From Desulfobulbus propionicus DSM 2032 (lineage in GTDB: Bacteria > Desulfobacterota > Desulfobulbia > Desulfobulbales > Desulfobulbaceae), in the NCBI RefSeq assembly GCF_000186885.1, contig NC_014972.1:570001-602000 (forward strand): DNA of 32,000 nt, written 5' to 3'. The position numbers and the translations under genes were made by a program. Shown here piece by piece: positions 17,874 through 27,160 of the stretch (positions within the stretch are counted from its first letter, which is position 1; each line of letters begins with the position of its first letter). The notes beneath the pieces are model-generated. The model had not been told where the DNA came from, searched no databases, and saw only the letters and a list, made by a program, of their open reading frames with translations.

Positions 17874-19940
17874 TTAGGTGGTAATGGTAAAGTCAGGAAC
17901 ATACTCCGGTACAATCTGCTGGAGGACTTTCTTGATAGCATTGCTGTCGAGAGCCTTCGCCTGTTGCGCCAACATTTCAAGTAGGTCGTTCAACCTGGTA
18001 ACGGGGATGATCCTTTCTCCTTTCAACACCATGATTTTTTCATGATGCGTGCCGACAATGCCTTCTCCTTCGGTGATGAGTTCTTCATACAGTTTTTCAC
18101 CCGCCCGCAAACCGATATAGCAGATTTCGATTTCATTGTCTGGATCACGTCCGGTGAGTTTGATGAGCTCGCGAGCCATATCGGCTATCTTGACCGGCTC
18201 GCCCATTTTCAGGATAAAGATTTCCCCGCCCTTACCCATGGAGCCGGATTGCAAAATAAGTTGCGCTGCTTCCTCGGCGGACATGAAATAACGGGTGACG
18301 TCGGGATGGGTGACCGTGACCGGTCCTCCTTTTTCAATTTGTCGCTTGAACAGGGGAATGACGGAACCAGAGGAACCGAGGACATTACCGAATCGGACCC
18401 CCATGAACCGGGTTCGATGCGGGCCCGGAGGCTGGGGGTAGAGGAGCGGTTCGTCATTGAGCTCTTCGGTTCTTTGCCGCCAGACCGGACTGAGGCAACC
18501 ATCCCAAGACGATGCGCTGTAGGCGAGCATCAGCAGTTCGGTAACCCGCTTGGAGGCACCCATCACATTGGTCGGTCGGACCGCCTTGTCGGTGGAAACA
18601 AGAACGAAACGATCGACACCGTGGAGGATTGAGGCTTCCATCAGCAGCTGGGTGGCAAAGATATTGTTGTAGACGGCCTGCCAAGGATTCCGTTCGACGA
18701 GGGGGACATGTTTGTAGGCGGCGGTATGGAACACCACCGAAGGATGATGCCGACGGAAGACACTGTCCAGGAGACGCAGATCCTGCACCTTGCCGAGCAC
18801 GGTGACTGTCGTCACATGCTCATGTTCGTGGCGGAGTTCCATCTGCACATTATACAGGTTCTCCTCGCTGCTGTCGTACAGGATGATCAAACCTGGAGTG
18901 AACCGCAGGACCTGACGACATAATTCGGAGCCGATCGAGCCACCGGCGCCGGTGATGAGGATGGTCTTGCCGGTGAGGTAGGCACCTATTTTTTCCTGCT
19001 CCAATCGGACCTCCTCCCGACCGAGCAGATCCTTGTAGGAAATATCGCGAACGGTGGTGATGGACACGCGACCGTTGAGCAACTCATTCATGTCCGGCAG
19101 GACTTTAAATGGAAGCTGTGTTCTTTGGCACAGGGAGACAATTCGCCGCATTCTCGTCTTGTCGAACGCGACCGCGGTGATGAGGATTTCCTGTGTCCTG
19201 GTGCGGCGGGCGTGTTCCTCAAGATCGTTCAGCAGGCCGATGACCGCGACATTGTGCAGTTTCAACCCGATTTTTTTCGGGTCGTCGTCGACCAAGCCGA
19301 CTGCCTGATAGGGGAGTTGGTTGTTTTCCGAAAGTTCGCGCAGCACCTTTTCCGCAGTATCGCCCGCGCCGATGAGCAACAGCCGCTTTTTGTCCGTTGG
19401 CCGGTCTTCCGTGGAAACCAAACTGTGGCTGGTTCCATATCGTTGATAAAAATATCGAATTGCAACCCGATGGCAGGTGATCAGGCCAAACGAGAAAACA
19501 CAGTCAAGAATAAAGACCGAGCGGGAAAAGCCGAGAAAACGATTGCCAAACAGCAACAAGCTAATGATGACCGTCGAGGAAAAAAGCGAAACAATTAAAA
19601 TGGTAATGATATCGTCAAGGCTTGTGTACCGCCACATGCCGCGATAGAGGCCGAAGAGATAGAAGGCGGGAATCTTGACGCCGACAATCAGCGGCAACAG
19701 GTTGAGAAATTGATGGAACTCCTTGACGTTGAGATGCAGTTCGAATCGGACCGCATAGGCAAGATAATGGGCAAGGGCCAATAACACGGCATCAACGCAG
19801 AGAATAACCCAGAATTTTGGGTTTCTTGCCAGAGTCTTAAACAACTTGCCGTGCGTGGTTATTTTTTCGACGATCCTTTCGACCATGGGGTGTCGTTTCC
19901 TTGAGCCTGAAAACCAATGAAAGATGCCCGAGGTGGGCAT
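17874..19940 (-). CDS. Membrane-anchored nucleoside-diphosphate-sugar epimerase/dehydratase (CapD/WbpM/PglF family)
   Basis: N-terminal TM segments, then LIGAGDTAEKVLRELSEN... and GAYLTGKTILITGAGGSIGSELCRQVLRFTPGLIILYDSSEENLYNVQMEL...TAAYKHVPLVERNPWQAVYNNIFATQLL...VLVSTDKAVRPTNVMGASKRVTELL. Confidence 0.95.
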   Translation of the reverse strand: MPTSGIFHWFSGSRKRHPMVERIVEKITTHGKLFKTLARNPKFWVILCVDAVLLALAHYLAYAVRFELHLNVKEFHQFLNLLPLIVGVKIPAFYLFGLYRGMWRYTSLDDIITILIVSLFSSTVIISLLLFGNRFLGFSRSVFILDCVFSFGLITCHRVAIRYFYQRYGTSHSLVSTEDRPTDKKRLLLIGAGDTAEKVLRELSENNQLPYQAVGLVDDDPKKIGLKLHNVAVIGLLNDLEEHARRTRTQEILITAVAFDKTRMRRIVSLCQRTQLPFKVLPDMNELLNGRVSITTVRDISYKDLLGREEVRLEQEKIGAYLTGKTILITGAGGSIGSELCRQVLRFTPGLIILYDSSEENLYNVQMELRHEHEHVTTVTVLGKVQDLRLLDSVFRRHHPSVVFHTAAYKHVPLVERNPWQAVYNNIFATQLLMEASILHGVDRFVLVSTDKAVRPTNVMGASKRVTELLMLAYSASSWDGCLSPVWRQRTEELNDEPLLYPQPPGPHRTRFMGVRFGNVLGSSGSVIPLFKRQIEKGGPVTVTHPDVTRYFMSAEEAAQLILQSGSMGKGGEIFILKMGEPVKIADMARELIKLTGRDPDNEIEICYIGLRAGEKLYEELITEGEGIVGTHHEKIMVLKGERIIPVTRLNDLLEMLAQQAKALDSNAIKKVLQQIVPEYVPDFTITT

Positions 19941-20028
19941 GAAATAGCGCTCTAAGCTGGTGCCGGTCGACAGATCTCAAGCACCGCATTGTGTTGGGGG
20001 TGAATATCAGTGGGGTAAACGTGTTCCT

Positions 20029-20325
20029 TTATCGCAGGCTTCCGGAGGTGACTCGTATGGCATCGTATTCATGATGCCGCTCCATGTAGGTGGCGACATA
20101 GGAACACTGCGGAACGACCTTTTTACCGTGGCTGCGGGCATCATTCAATGCGTATTCCGTCAGAATGGCGGCCACGTTGCGGCCACGCAGTTCGGGAGGC
20201 ACGAAGGTATGGGTGAAAATCAGCGTGGTGTCATTCTGTTCCACGTAGTCAAGCACGGCGGTTTTTCCTTCAAGGGTTATCTCAAAACGTTTCATCAGTT
20301 CATTTTTCTTGGGTTCGATGGTCAT
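20029..20325 (-). CDS. GNAT-family N-acetyltransferase (YjdJ-like)
   Basis: RFEITLEGKTAVLDYVEQNDTTLIFTHTFVPPELRGRNVAAILTEYALNDARSHGKKVVPQCSYVATYMERHHEY: typical short GNAT with RGRNVA acetyl-CoA loop. Start codon uncertain. Confidence 0.82.
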   Translation of the reverse strand: MTIEPKKNELMKRFEITLEGKTAVLDYVEQNDTTLIFTHTFVPPELRGRNVAAILTEYALNDARSHGKKVVPQCSYVATYMERHHEYDAIRVTSGSLR

Positions 20326-20508
20326 GGCGTCTGTCCTCTTCTGGGATGGAATGCCTTGCCGGCCGTGTGGAGACGGATGGCTGGGTGGATGAAGGCCAGA
20401 ATGTTGTTCAGACAATGTTTTCTTTTCTGGTTTCTGTCCAGAGAAATGTTACATTGGTCATGATATGGGATCAAAACTGTCTCCCTTTTCCTTCAAACGA
20501 TGTAGACC

Positions 20509-21681
20509 ATGCGGGTGCCAAGACGAAAGACCAAGAACCGTTTCCGCGGACTGCTGTCCCGGATCAAGGGGATTCCCGAGGTCATCCATTTTCCCGGCAA
20601 CAGCGTGATCCTTCTGCCGCATGGTGGAGATTTTTTCCCTGCGCTGTTCATGGCCATCCAATCCGCCCGCACAACGATCTGTGTTGAATTTTACATCATC
20701 AAACCCGATGCCACCGGCCAGAGATTTGCAGACGTGTTGCGGCAGGCGGCGGGACGAGGCGTCGCGGTTTCACTGCTGTACGATGCCATCGGTTGCTTTG
20801 ATACCCCTGCCGCCTATTTTCAACATTTGCAGGCAGGGGGGGTACGCTGTATAGCCTTCAATCCGCCCGCCTTCTCGCGGCTGCACTGGCTCGATGTCCG
20901 CGATCATCGAAAGATGGTCGTCGTTGACGGCACGATCGCCTTCCTCGGTGGGCTCAACGTGGGCGATGAGTATTCAGGGTATGGCGACAGTGTTCACCGC
21001 TGGCGCGATATCGGTATCCGGCTTGACGGTCCGGTCGCGGGCGAGTTGCAGCGGCTGTTTTGGCAAACGTGGAGAGGGGAGGGCGGACCATCTGTCCCGG
21101 AGCAACACGATTCGCCTGGCCAGGCCGCAGGGGAGGCGAATGTGGTCATTGTCAACGGCACGCCCCATCATACCCGTTCGGTCATCCGCAACTCGTTTCG
21201 TTTGGCCATGGCCGGTTCCTCGCGAAGCATCCGCATCATCACCCCCTATTTTGTCCCTGGCCCGCGCGTGGTTCGGTCGTTGTTGCGAGCCGTCCGGCGC
21301 GGTGTTGAGGTGCGGATCATCCTGCCGTCGATCAGCGATGTGCCGTTGGTGCAAATCATGAGCCGCGCCTATCTGAAACCCTTGCTCGAGGCAGGGGTGG
21401 CCATCTTCGAACGCCAGGGGACCATTCTCCATGCCAAGGTAATGCTGGTCGATGACCGCTGGTCCACGTTTGGCTCCGCCAACCTCGATTTCCGCAGCTT
21501 TCATCGCAACCACGAGATCAATGTCATCATTGACAGCCGTGCGTTCGGCGAGCAGGTGGCGGCGCTGTTCGAGGAAGAAGTGACGCTGTCGCGCAGGATT
21601 ACTCTGTCTGAAAACGCGCGGCGGAACAGGTTCGAACGGCTGTGCGGATGGTTGCTGACCCCGCTGAGCCGTTTTCTCTAA
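20509..21681 (+). CDS. Phospholipase D-like / cardiolipin synthase family protein
   Basis: Two HKD motifs: DHRKMVVVDGTIAFLGGLNVGDEY and HAKVMLVDDRWSTFGSANLDFRS. Confidence 0.92.
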   Translation: MRVPRRKTKNRFRGLLSRIKGIPEVIHFPGNSVILLPHGGDFFPALFMAIQSARTTICVEFYIIKPDATGQRFADVLRQAAGRGVAVSLLYDAIGCFDTPAAYFQHLQAGGVRCIAFNPPAFSRLHWLDVRDHRKMVVVDGTIAFLGGLNVGDEYSGYGDSVHRWRDIGIRLDGPVAGELQRLFWQTWRGEGGPSVPEQHDSPGQAAGEANVVIVNGTPHHTRSVIRNSFRLAMAGSSRSIRIITPYFVPGPRVVRSLLRAVRRGVEVRIILPSISDVPLVQIMSRAYLKPLLEAGVAIFERQGTILHAKVMLVDDRWSTFGSANLDFRSFHRNHEINVIIDSRAFGEQVAALFEEEVTLSRRITLSENARRNRFERLCGWLLTPLSRFL

Positions 21682-21839
21682 CGGGGGCACAGAAGCAGCC
21701 GGGTACAGGCAAGCTTCTCTTGCTTTTGCCCTTGCACGGTGGTATCCATCAAACCCTTGGCTTAAACGAGGTCAGGTCCTGTTCCGTGCCCTGTTTCCCG
21801 TGATTCACATCTTTCTCTCTTTTTCCTGATCAAGCACCT

Positions 21840-23468
21840 ATGACTGCCTATTGCATCGGTATCGATACCGGCGGCACCTATACCGACGCCGTTCTCATGG
21901 ACACGCGCACCGGCCAGGTGGTGGCCTGGCAAAAAGAACGCACCACCCCGCATGACCTCAGTCTTGGCGTGGGCAAGGCATTGGCTGGACTGTTGCGCCA
22001 ATCGGCCCGGCCGGCGGAGGTAGTCAAACTGTCGGTCTCGACCACCTTGGCCACCAATGCGGTGGTGGAAGGGCGCGGCGCCAGGGTCGGATTGTTTGTC
22101 CTCGGCTATGTTCGCCACTTCAAGCTGCCGGTGGTGGCCAATATCTTTCTCAAAGGAGGGCACACCATTACCGGCGAGGAGGACGAGCCCCTGGACATCG
22201 AAACCCTGATCGACACTCTGCCCGGATTGGCCAACGAGGTCGACAGTTATGCGGTCTGCGGCGCCATGTCGATCAAGAATCCGACCCACGAACTGGTGGC
22301 CCAGGAGGCGATCCGCCTGATTGATTCCAAGCCGGTGTTCTGTTCGCATCGAGTGTCCAGCCACCCCGGCATGCTCGAACGGTCGGCCACCGCCTGCCTT
22401 CATGCCAAGCTGATGCCGCTGATGACCGATTTTCTTGCCTCGATCCAGCGTTCCATGCTTACGGTGGGGCTCGACTGTCCGGTGACCATCATCTGCGGCA
22501 ATGGCCAAGGGATGGAGTTGGAGCGGATAGCCGACCAGGCGGCGATCACCATGGCCAGCGGTCCGGCGGCGACCGCACGTTTCGGCGCGGCCGATGGGTT
22601 TGCCGATGCCTTGGTGGTCGATGTCGGCGGCACCACCACCGACGTCTGTCTGATCAAGGACGGCAAACCCTTGCTGAACCGCGAGGGCTGCGCCATCGGT
22701 GAATGGCGGACCCATGTCGAGGCGGTGGACATGTACACGGCCGGTGCCGGCGGTGACAGCCACGTGGTCTGTCAGCGCGACGGCCGCGTCATTCTGAAGA
22801 GCACACGGGTTCAACCTCTGGCCATGACCCCGGAGCTGCTTGACCCGCACACCTGGCTCAACAGCGCCACGGATTGCTCCCTGGTGCTGCCGGTGGAAGG
22901 ACTCGATCCTGTCCTGATTGAAGCGGATCCCATCCTCCGTTTCCTGATCCAGCACGGCCCGACCCCACCCAGCACTTTGGCCGAACGGACCGGAATCGGC
23001 GGCATCGTTCTGGAGAAACGGCTGGAACGGCTGATGTTTCTCCAGCAGGTGGTGTTGGCAGGTTTCACCCCCACCGACGCCCTTCATGCCCTGGGAATGC
23101 TCGAGATAGGCAATACCGCCGCCAGTCGCAGCGGGGCCGAAGTGCTGGCGGCCGAGCAGGGGCTATCCGTTGAAGAATTCTGCCGTCAGGTGGTAACCGA
23201 GACTGAGGCGGCGATCGAGACCATCGTTCTCACCTACCTGGGCCGCGCTGTCTGGCAGGACGTGCAGAGCGCTCCCTTCCTCAACCGTCGCGACAACGAG
23301 TTGTTCTCCCTTCATTTCCGTCTCAAGTTGCCGATTATCGGCATTGGCGCCGCGGCCCGTTGTTTTCTCCCCGGCGTGGCCCGCCGGCTGGGAACGACCG
23401 TTTCCTTTCCCGAGTACTGCGAGGTGGGGAACGCCATCGGTGCCGCCCTGATCGGCGTGGACGGATAA
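21840..23468 (+). CDS. Hydantoinase/oxoprolinase family protein
   Basis: YCIGIDTGGTYTDAVLMDTRTGQVVAWQKERTTPHDLSLGV...VSTTLATNAVVEGRGARVGLFVLG...VVDVGGTTTDVCLIKDGKP. Confidence 0.9.
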   Translation: MTAYCIGIDTGGTYTDAVLMDTRTGQVVAWQKERTTPHDLSLGVGKALAGLLRQSARPAEVVKLSVSTTLATNAVVEGRGARVGLFVLGYVRHFKLPVVANIFLKGGHTITGEEDEPLDIETLIDTLPGLANEVDSYAVCGAMSIKNPTHELVAQEAIRLIDSKPVFCSHRVSSHPGMLERSATACLHAKLMPLMTDFLASIQRSMLTVGLDCPVTIICGNGQGMELERIADQAAITMASGPAATARFGAADGFADALVVDVGGTTTDVCLIKDGKPLLNREGCAIGEWRTHVEAVDMYTAGAGGDSHVVCQRDGRVILKSTRVQPLAMTPELLDPHTWLNSATDCSLVLPVEGLDPVLIEADPILRFLIQHGPTPPSTLAERTGIGGIVLEKRLERLMFLQQVVLAGFTPTDALHALGMLEIGNTAASRSGAEVLAAEQGLSVEEFCRQVVTETEAAIETIVLTYLGRAVWQDVQSAPFLNRRDNELFSLHFRLKLPIIGIGAAARCFLPGVARRLGTTVSFPEYCEVGNAIGAALIGVDG

Positions 23469-23504
23469 AGGGCCTGCGTCAACCTGCCTGGTGCTGGGAC
23501 ATTT

Positions 23505-23548
23505 GGGGGCACGTGTGCCGGTGACAAGCGAGGCCCCCGCCTTTTCTT
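23505..23548 (+). terminator. Possible intrinsic terminator after the hydantoinase-like gene
   Basis: GGGGGC (23505-23510) pairs with GCCCCC (23533-23538), followed by GCCTTTTCTTCT. Long loop and imperfect T-tract. Confidence 0.4.
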
Positions 23549-23611
23549 CTTTACTTCTCCGCTACTCTGGTTACTTTTGAGAAAGTCTCTCAGTTAACGA
23601 AGGGGTAACGC

Positions 23612-24310
23612 ATGGATATACTGCTCAGTCAATTTGATACCTACCTGCAGTCCTCGCTGCTCGCCTCGCTGATCATTGCTTTTGCCGGGGGGGTACTCGC
23701 CAGCCTGACCCCCTGTGTCTATCCGATGATTCCCATAACCGCCGGGGTGATCGGCCATGCCAACATCGGTGGGTCAAGGTGGCGCGGATTTGTTTTGTCC
23801 CTGATCTATGTGACCGGCATGGCCCTGACCTATGCCGCGCTTGGCGTCTTTGCCGCCGCCACCGGCCGGTTTTTCGGAGCGATCAACAGCAGCCCCTGGA
23901 CGTTTCTTTTGGTCGGCAATATTATTCTGCTCTTTGCACTGGGCATGCTCGATGTCGTACAATTGCCCACTTTTGCAGGCAGGATGGCCAGTCGGAGATT
24001 GGGAATGACCGGCATCTTCGTGGCAGGAATCTCCTCGGCCCTGGTTGCCGGCCCCTGTACCACCCCGGTGCTCGGCACCCTGCTCGCCTATACCGCCACC
24101 ACCCGCAGTCTGGTCGCGGGCGGCTTGTTGCTCTTTGTTTTTTCGTTGGGCATGGGCGCCCTTCTGCTGGGCGTGGGCACCTTCTCCAGTTTCCTCGCCT
24201 CCATTCCCCGTTCCGGAAGTTGGATGGTGAAGATCAAAAAAATCATGGGATGGTGTATGCTGGCCCTGGCCCAGTACTTCTTCATCAAGGCCGGATCGAT
24301 GTTTCTGTAG
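23612..24310 (+). CDS. ccdA: CcdA/DsbD-type cytochrome c biogenesis transmembrane protein
   Basis: LIIAFAGGVLASLTPCVYPMIPITAGVIG... and ISSALVAGPCTTPVLGTLLAY: paired TPCVYPM/GPCTTP motifs of the CcdA/DsbD-beta family. Confidence 0.9.
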   Translation: MDILLSQFDTYLQSSLLASLIIAFAGGVLASLTPCVYPMIPITAGVIGHANIGGSRWRGFVLSLIYVTGMALTYAALGVFAAATGRFFGAINSSPWTFLLVGNIILLFALGMLDVVQLPTFAGRMASRRLGMTGIFVAGISSALVAGPCTTPVLGTLLAYTATTRSLVAGGLLLFVFSLGMGALLLGVGTFSSFLASIPRSGSWMVKIKKIMGWCMLALAQYFFIKAGSMFL

Positions 24311-24358
24311 GAACAAAACGATCCAACTGCAACCCTCTTCTCCCGGACGCTGAAAATA

Positions 24359-24856
24359 ATGATGCGAAAAAATGCTGTGTCTTCCCTGTTGGTGTTCCTG
24401 CTGGTGCTCGCCCCCTGTTCCCTGTTGGCCGTTCAGGAGGGACAGCGGCTGATTCCCTTTCAAGGGACCGATCTCAACGGTAATCCCATCGATCTGCAAC
24501 GGAGTATCGGCAGCAAGCCAGTGATGCTCATCTTTTGGGCCTCCTGGTGCCCAACCTGCAAAACCGAGGTGCCCAAGATCAACAAGCTGGCCGAGCAATA
24601 CAGCGGACGGGGAATGGATTTCATCGCCGTCAATGTGGGGTACAATGATTCAGTTGAGCGGGCACAGGCCTTTGCCCAGAAGAACGGTATGCGCTATCCG
24701 GCCTTCTTTGACGGTTCCGGAAAGGTCAGCGAGCAGTATCAGCTCCTGGGGGTTCCGACCATCATTATCGCCGATAAACACGGCGTGGTCCGCTTCCGCA
24801 ATTTCGTCACTCCGGACATTCCCGAAGAGACCTTTGCCAAGCTGATGGCGGAGTGA
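24359..24856 (+). CDS. TlpA-family thiol-disulfide oxidoreductase (secreted thioredoxin-like)
   Basis: Signal peptide followed by MLIFWASWCPTCKTEVPKINKLAEQYSGRGMDFIAVNVGYND...GVPTIIIADKHGVVRFR. Confidence 0.93.
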   Translation: MMRKNAVSSLLVFLLVLAPCSLLAVQEGQRLIPFQGTDLNGNPIDLQRSIGSKPVMLIFWASWCPTCKTEVPKINKLAEQYSGRGMDFIAVNVGYNDSVERAQAFAQKNGMRYPAFFDGSGKVSEQYQLLGVPTIIIADKHGVVRFRNFVTPDIPEETFAKLMAE

Positions 24857-24863
24857 AGGAAGG

Positions 24864-25289
24864 TTACGGCTCGCCGTCCGTGGCCACCACCGTGTAGGCT
24901 GTCTGCACCTCCGGTGGAATGGAAACCGGCCTGCCGGTGTGGAGATCGCAGAAGATAAACAGGGTGGAGGCGGTGGCCAGGACCGTGTTGTCGGCCGGGC
25001 GAAGGAATTTGTATTTGCGCAGGGAACGGATCTTCTGAAATTCAGCAACCCAGGTGAGAATGTGGATCGTTTCTCCGGCGTAGGCCGAGTGAAAATACTC
25101 AATGGAATGGGAGCGGATGATCCAGGTTCGGCCCAGGGAGAGATAACGTTCCGTCGGCCAGCCCAACCGAGTGGAGTGGATGATGGCCGCCTCCTGCATC
25201 CATTGAACGTACTGCACGTTGTTGACGTGACCGTTGAGGTCGATGGCGCTCTCCGGAACGACCAACTCTATCGTGCCGACAGCGGTCAT
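24864..25289 (-). CDS. Acyl-CoA thioesterase, 4HBT hotdog family
   Basis: ELVVPESAIDLNGHVNNVQYVQWMQEAAIIHSTRLGWP...WIIRSHSIEYFHSAYAGETIHILTWVAEF: D-x-NGHVNN-x-Y motif. Confidence 0.88.
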   Translation of the reverse strand: MTAVGTIELVVPESAIDLNGHVNNVQYVQWMQEAAIIHSTRLGWPTERYLSLGRTWIIRSHSIEYFHSAYAGETIHILTWVAEFQKIRSLRKYKFLRPADNTVLATASTLFIFCDLHTGRPVSIPPEVQTAYTVVATDGEP

Positions 25290-26686
25290 TATCGATTCCC
25301 GGGCTGTTTCTGCAGGACGTTGAGGTTGCGGCCCGTGGCCGAGAGCAGCCGCTGTTGCGCCAATTGATGCCCGACCAGGGCCTGGGCCAGGCGGCCATAG
25401 GTGGTGATCAGATCGCGCTGTGCTTCGTTCAGCCGCACCAATGAGGCCTCGCCCGCCTCGTATTCATTTTTCGCCAGATCGCGGTTTTCCTCCACCAGCT
25501 GTACCGTCTCCCGTTGCAGGCGGACCTGTTCTTCGGCCGCAGCCAGCAGAGCCAGATCCTGGCGAATTTCGGCGGCAATCGAATTGCGCAGGCCCGCCAG
25601 GGTGTATCCCGCTTCCCGCCTAGCCTGTTCCGCCTCGATTAATCGCGCCTTGTCGGCCCCGCCCGCATAGAGATTCCAGCTCATGTTCATGGCCACGGTA
25701 TTGCCGAAGTCATCCTCGTCAAGTCCCATGTCCCCCTCCTTGGCCCCCTCAAGGGCTCCGGCAATATGCACCTTGGGATAAAAGGGGGCCTTGGCCATGC
25801 CGGTGGCGGCATCCGTCTGTTTGACCACATTTTCCAGACGCCGGACATCGGGCCGGGTTGCCAGGGCGTCCTGAATGAGCTGTTCCGTCTTTTCCTTTGA
25901 TGAGGTGGCCGCTCGCGCCTTGTCCAGGGCTTCCAGCCGCAGGTTGGGAGGGAAGGTGGCTTCGGGCAGGCCCATGAGCGCCGCCAGGCCGTAACCCGCA
26001 GCCTCGAATTCCCGTTGCGAGCGAATCAGACTGGTTTTGGCCGAATTGACCTGCACCTTGATGTTGAGGATGTCGCCCCAGGGACCGGCACCGACGTCGT
26101 AGCGATTCTGGGCGTCCTCAAGCTGACGGGTGTAAAAGGTTTCATCGGCGCGAGCTATGTCGATGTAGGTCTGGGCCAGCTGCGCGTTGAGAAAAGCCTC
26201 GGCCACCGAGGTGACCAGCAATCGCTGGCTGTCGACCAGGGCAGCGCTGACGGACTGTTCGTCGTAGGCGGCCTGTTGTTCCTTGAAATTGCGATAAAAT
26301 CCGTCGAACAAGACCCAGGTGGCCTGCAGGTTGGCACTGTATTGCTCCGTGGTCTGGTCGGTGCTGAGGCCGAACTTGGAGTACAGGTTGTTGCTGGCCC
26401 GATAACTGCTCTCCGAGAGTCGTTGACGAGCACCGCCGCCATTCAGGTCAAGGCTTGGCCACCAGGTTGCCGCGGCTTGACGCACCCTGGCCCGTGCCTG
26501 TTCGACCCTGGCCTGAGCGGCGGCCATGTCCGGATTGCTTGCCACGGCAATGGTTTGGGCAGTCTGCAGATCGAGGATTTTGAGTGCGGCCAGATCGATG
26601 GTCCCGCTATGTTTTTCCGCTGCTGCGGCCACCGTGCCCAGGCAGCAGAACAACATCATGACTCCTACCACTATCCGTTGCATCAT
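25289..26686 (-). CDS. TolC-family outer-membrane efflux protein
   Basis: MMQRIVVGVMMLFCCLGTVAAAAEKHSG signal peptide and TolC repeats (NPDMAAAQARVEQARARVRQAAATWWPSLDLNGGG...; GLAALMGLPE; YEAGEASLVRLNEAQRDLITTYGRLAQALVGHQLA). GGAGGAAATGATG at the start; the track ORF extends upstream to 26965. Confidence 0.92.
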   Translation of the reverse strand: MMQRIVVGVMMLFCCLGTVAAAAEKHSGTIDLAALKILDLQTAQTIAVASNPDMAAAQARVEQARARVRQAAATWWPSLDLNGGGARQRLSESSYRASNNLYSKFGLSTDQTTEQYSANLQATWVLFDGFYRNFKEQQAAYDEQSVSAALVDSQRLLVTSVAEAFLNAQLAQTYIDIARADETFYTRQLEDAQNRYDVGAGPWGDILNIKVQVNSAKTSLIRSQREFEAAGYGLAALMGLPEATFPPNLRLEALDKARAATSSKEKTEQLIQDALATRPDVRRLENVVKQTDAATGMAKAPFYPKVHIAGALEGAKEGDMGLDEDDFGNTVAMNMSWNLYAGGADKARLIEAEQARREAGYTLAGLRNSIAAEIRQDLALLAAAEEQVRLQRETVQLVEENRDLAKNEYEAGEASLVRLNEAQRDLITTYGRLAQALVGHQLAQQRLLSATGRNLNVLQKQPGNR

Positions 26687-26853
26687 TTCCTCCGGTCGCG
26701 CAACCGAACATCTTTGTTGGTGCATCCGCCGCCATGTGCATGGCCAGCGGCGTGGTAAAAACGCATCGGGCACTATAAACCACTCAGCGCTTCGCTGACA
26801 CGGGAAAAGCGGCCTCGTGTCGGGTTTTCCCGAAGAAGATCGAATCACTGCCG

Positions 26854-26902
26854 AAAAAAAGAACGAGTCAGCCTGCTTCCAAGCAGGCTTATACCCTGAC
26901 TC
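26854..26902 (-). terminator. Strong intrinsic terminator downstream of the cyd unit
   Basis: Minus strand GAGTCAG-GGTATAAG-CCTGCT-TGGA-AGCAGG-CTGACTC-GTTC-TTTTTTT: nested perfect arms (7 bp outer, 6 bp inner) followed by T7. Confidence 0.78.
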
Positions 26903-26983
26903 GCTGCGGTGGGGGAGAGGGGCGACAGTGTCGCTGCAATGTCCCAGGTTGCAGGATATGCACACGGCACGTTCGCCACGGCA

Positions 26984-27079
26984 TTAGTAGAGCTGCAACT
27001 TCTTCAACAGGCGAACAGCGAGCAAAAAGGCGGCAACGAGAACAGCCACCCAGGCTATGGAAAGAATAATGGTCATCAT
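26984..27079 (-). CDS. 31-aa single-TM membrane micro-protein (CydX-like candidate) directly downstream of cydB
   Basis: ATG at 27079: MMTIILSIAWVAVLVAAFLLAVRLLKKLQLY*; one hydrophobic helix and a KK-containing tail. GGAG Shine-Dalgarno about 6 nt upstream. Too short for the supplied ORF track. Confidence 0.68.
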   Translation of the reverse strand: MMTIILSIAWVAVLVAAFLLAVRLLKKLQLY

Positions 27080-27160
27080 GACAAACTCCGTGGAAGGATA
27101 AAGGGAGAACAACAGAGGGGGACACATCCCCCTCTGTCGGCAAGATGTTTTGGCCGGCTC

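Noticed and set aside
21762-23087. 441-aa minus-strand ORF opposite the hydantoinase-like gene
   Set aside because: Low-complexity GH/DR/QR-rich composition typical of an antisense shadow. The plus-strand frame has clear family motifs.
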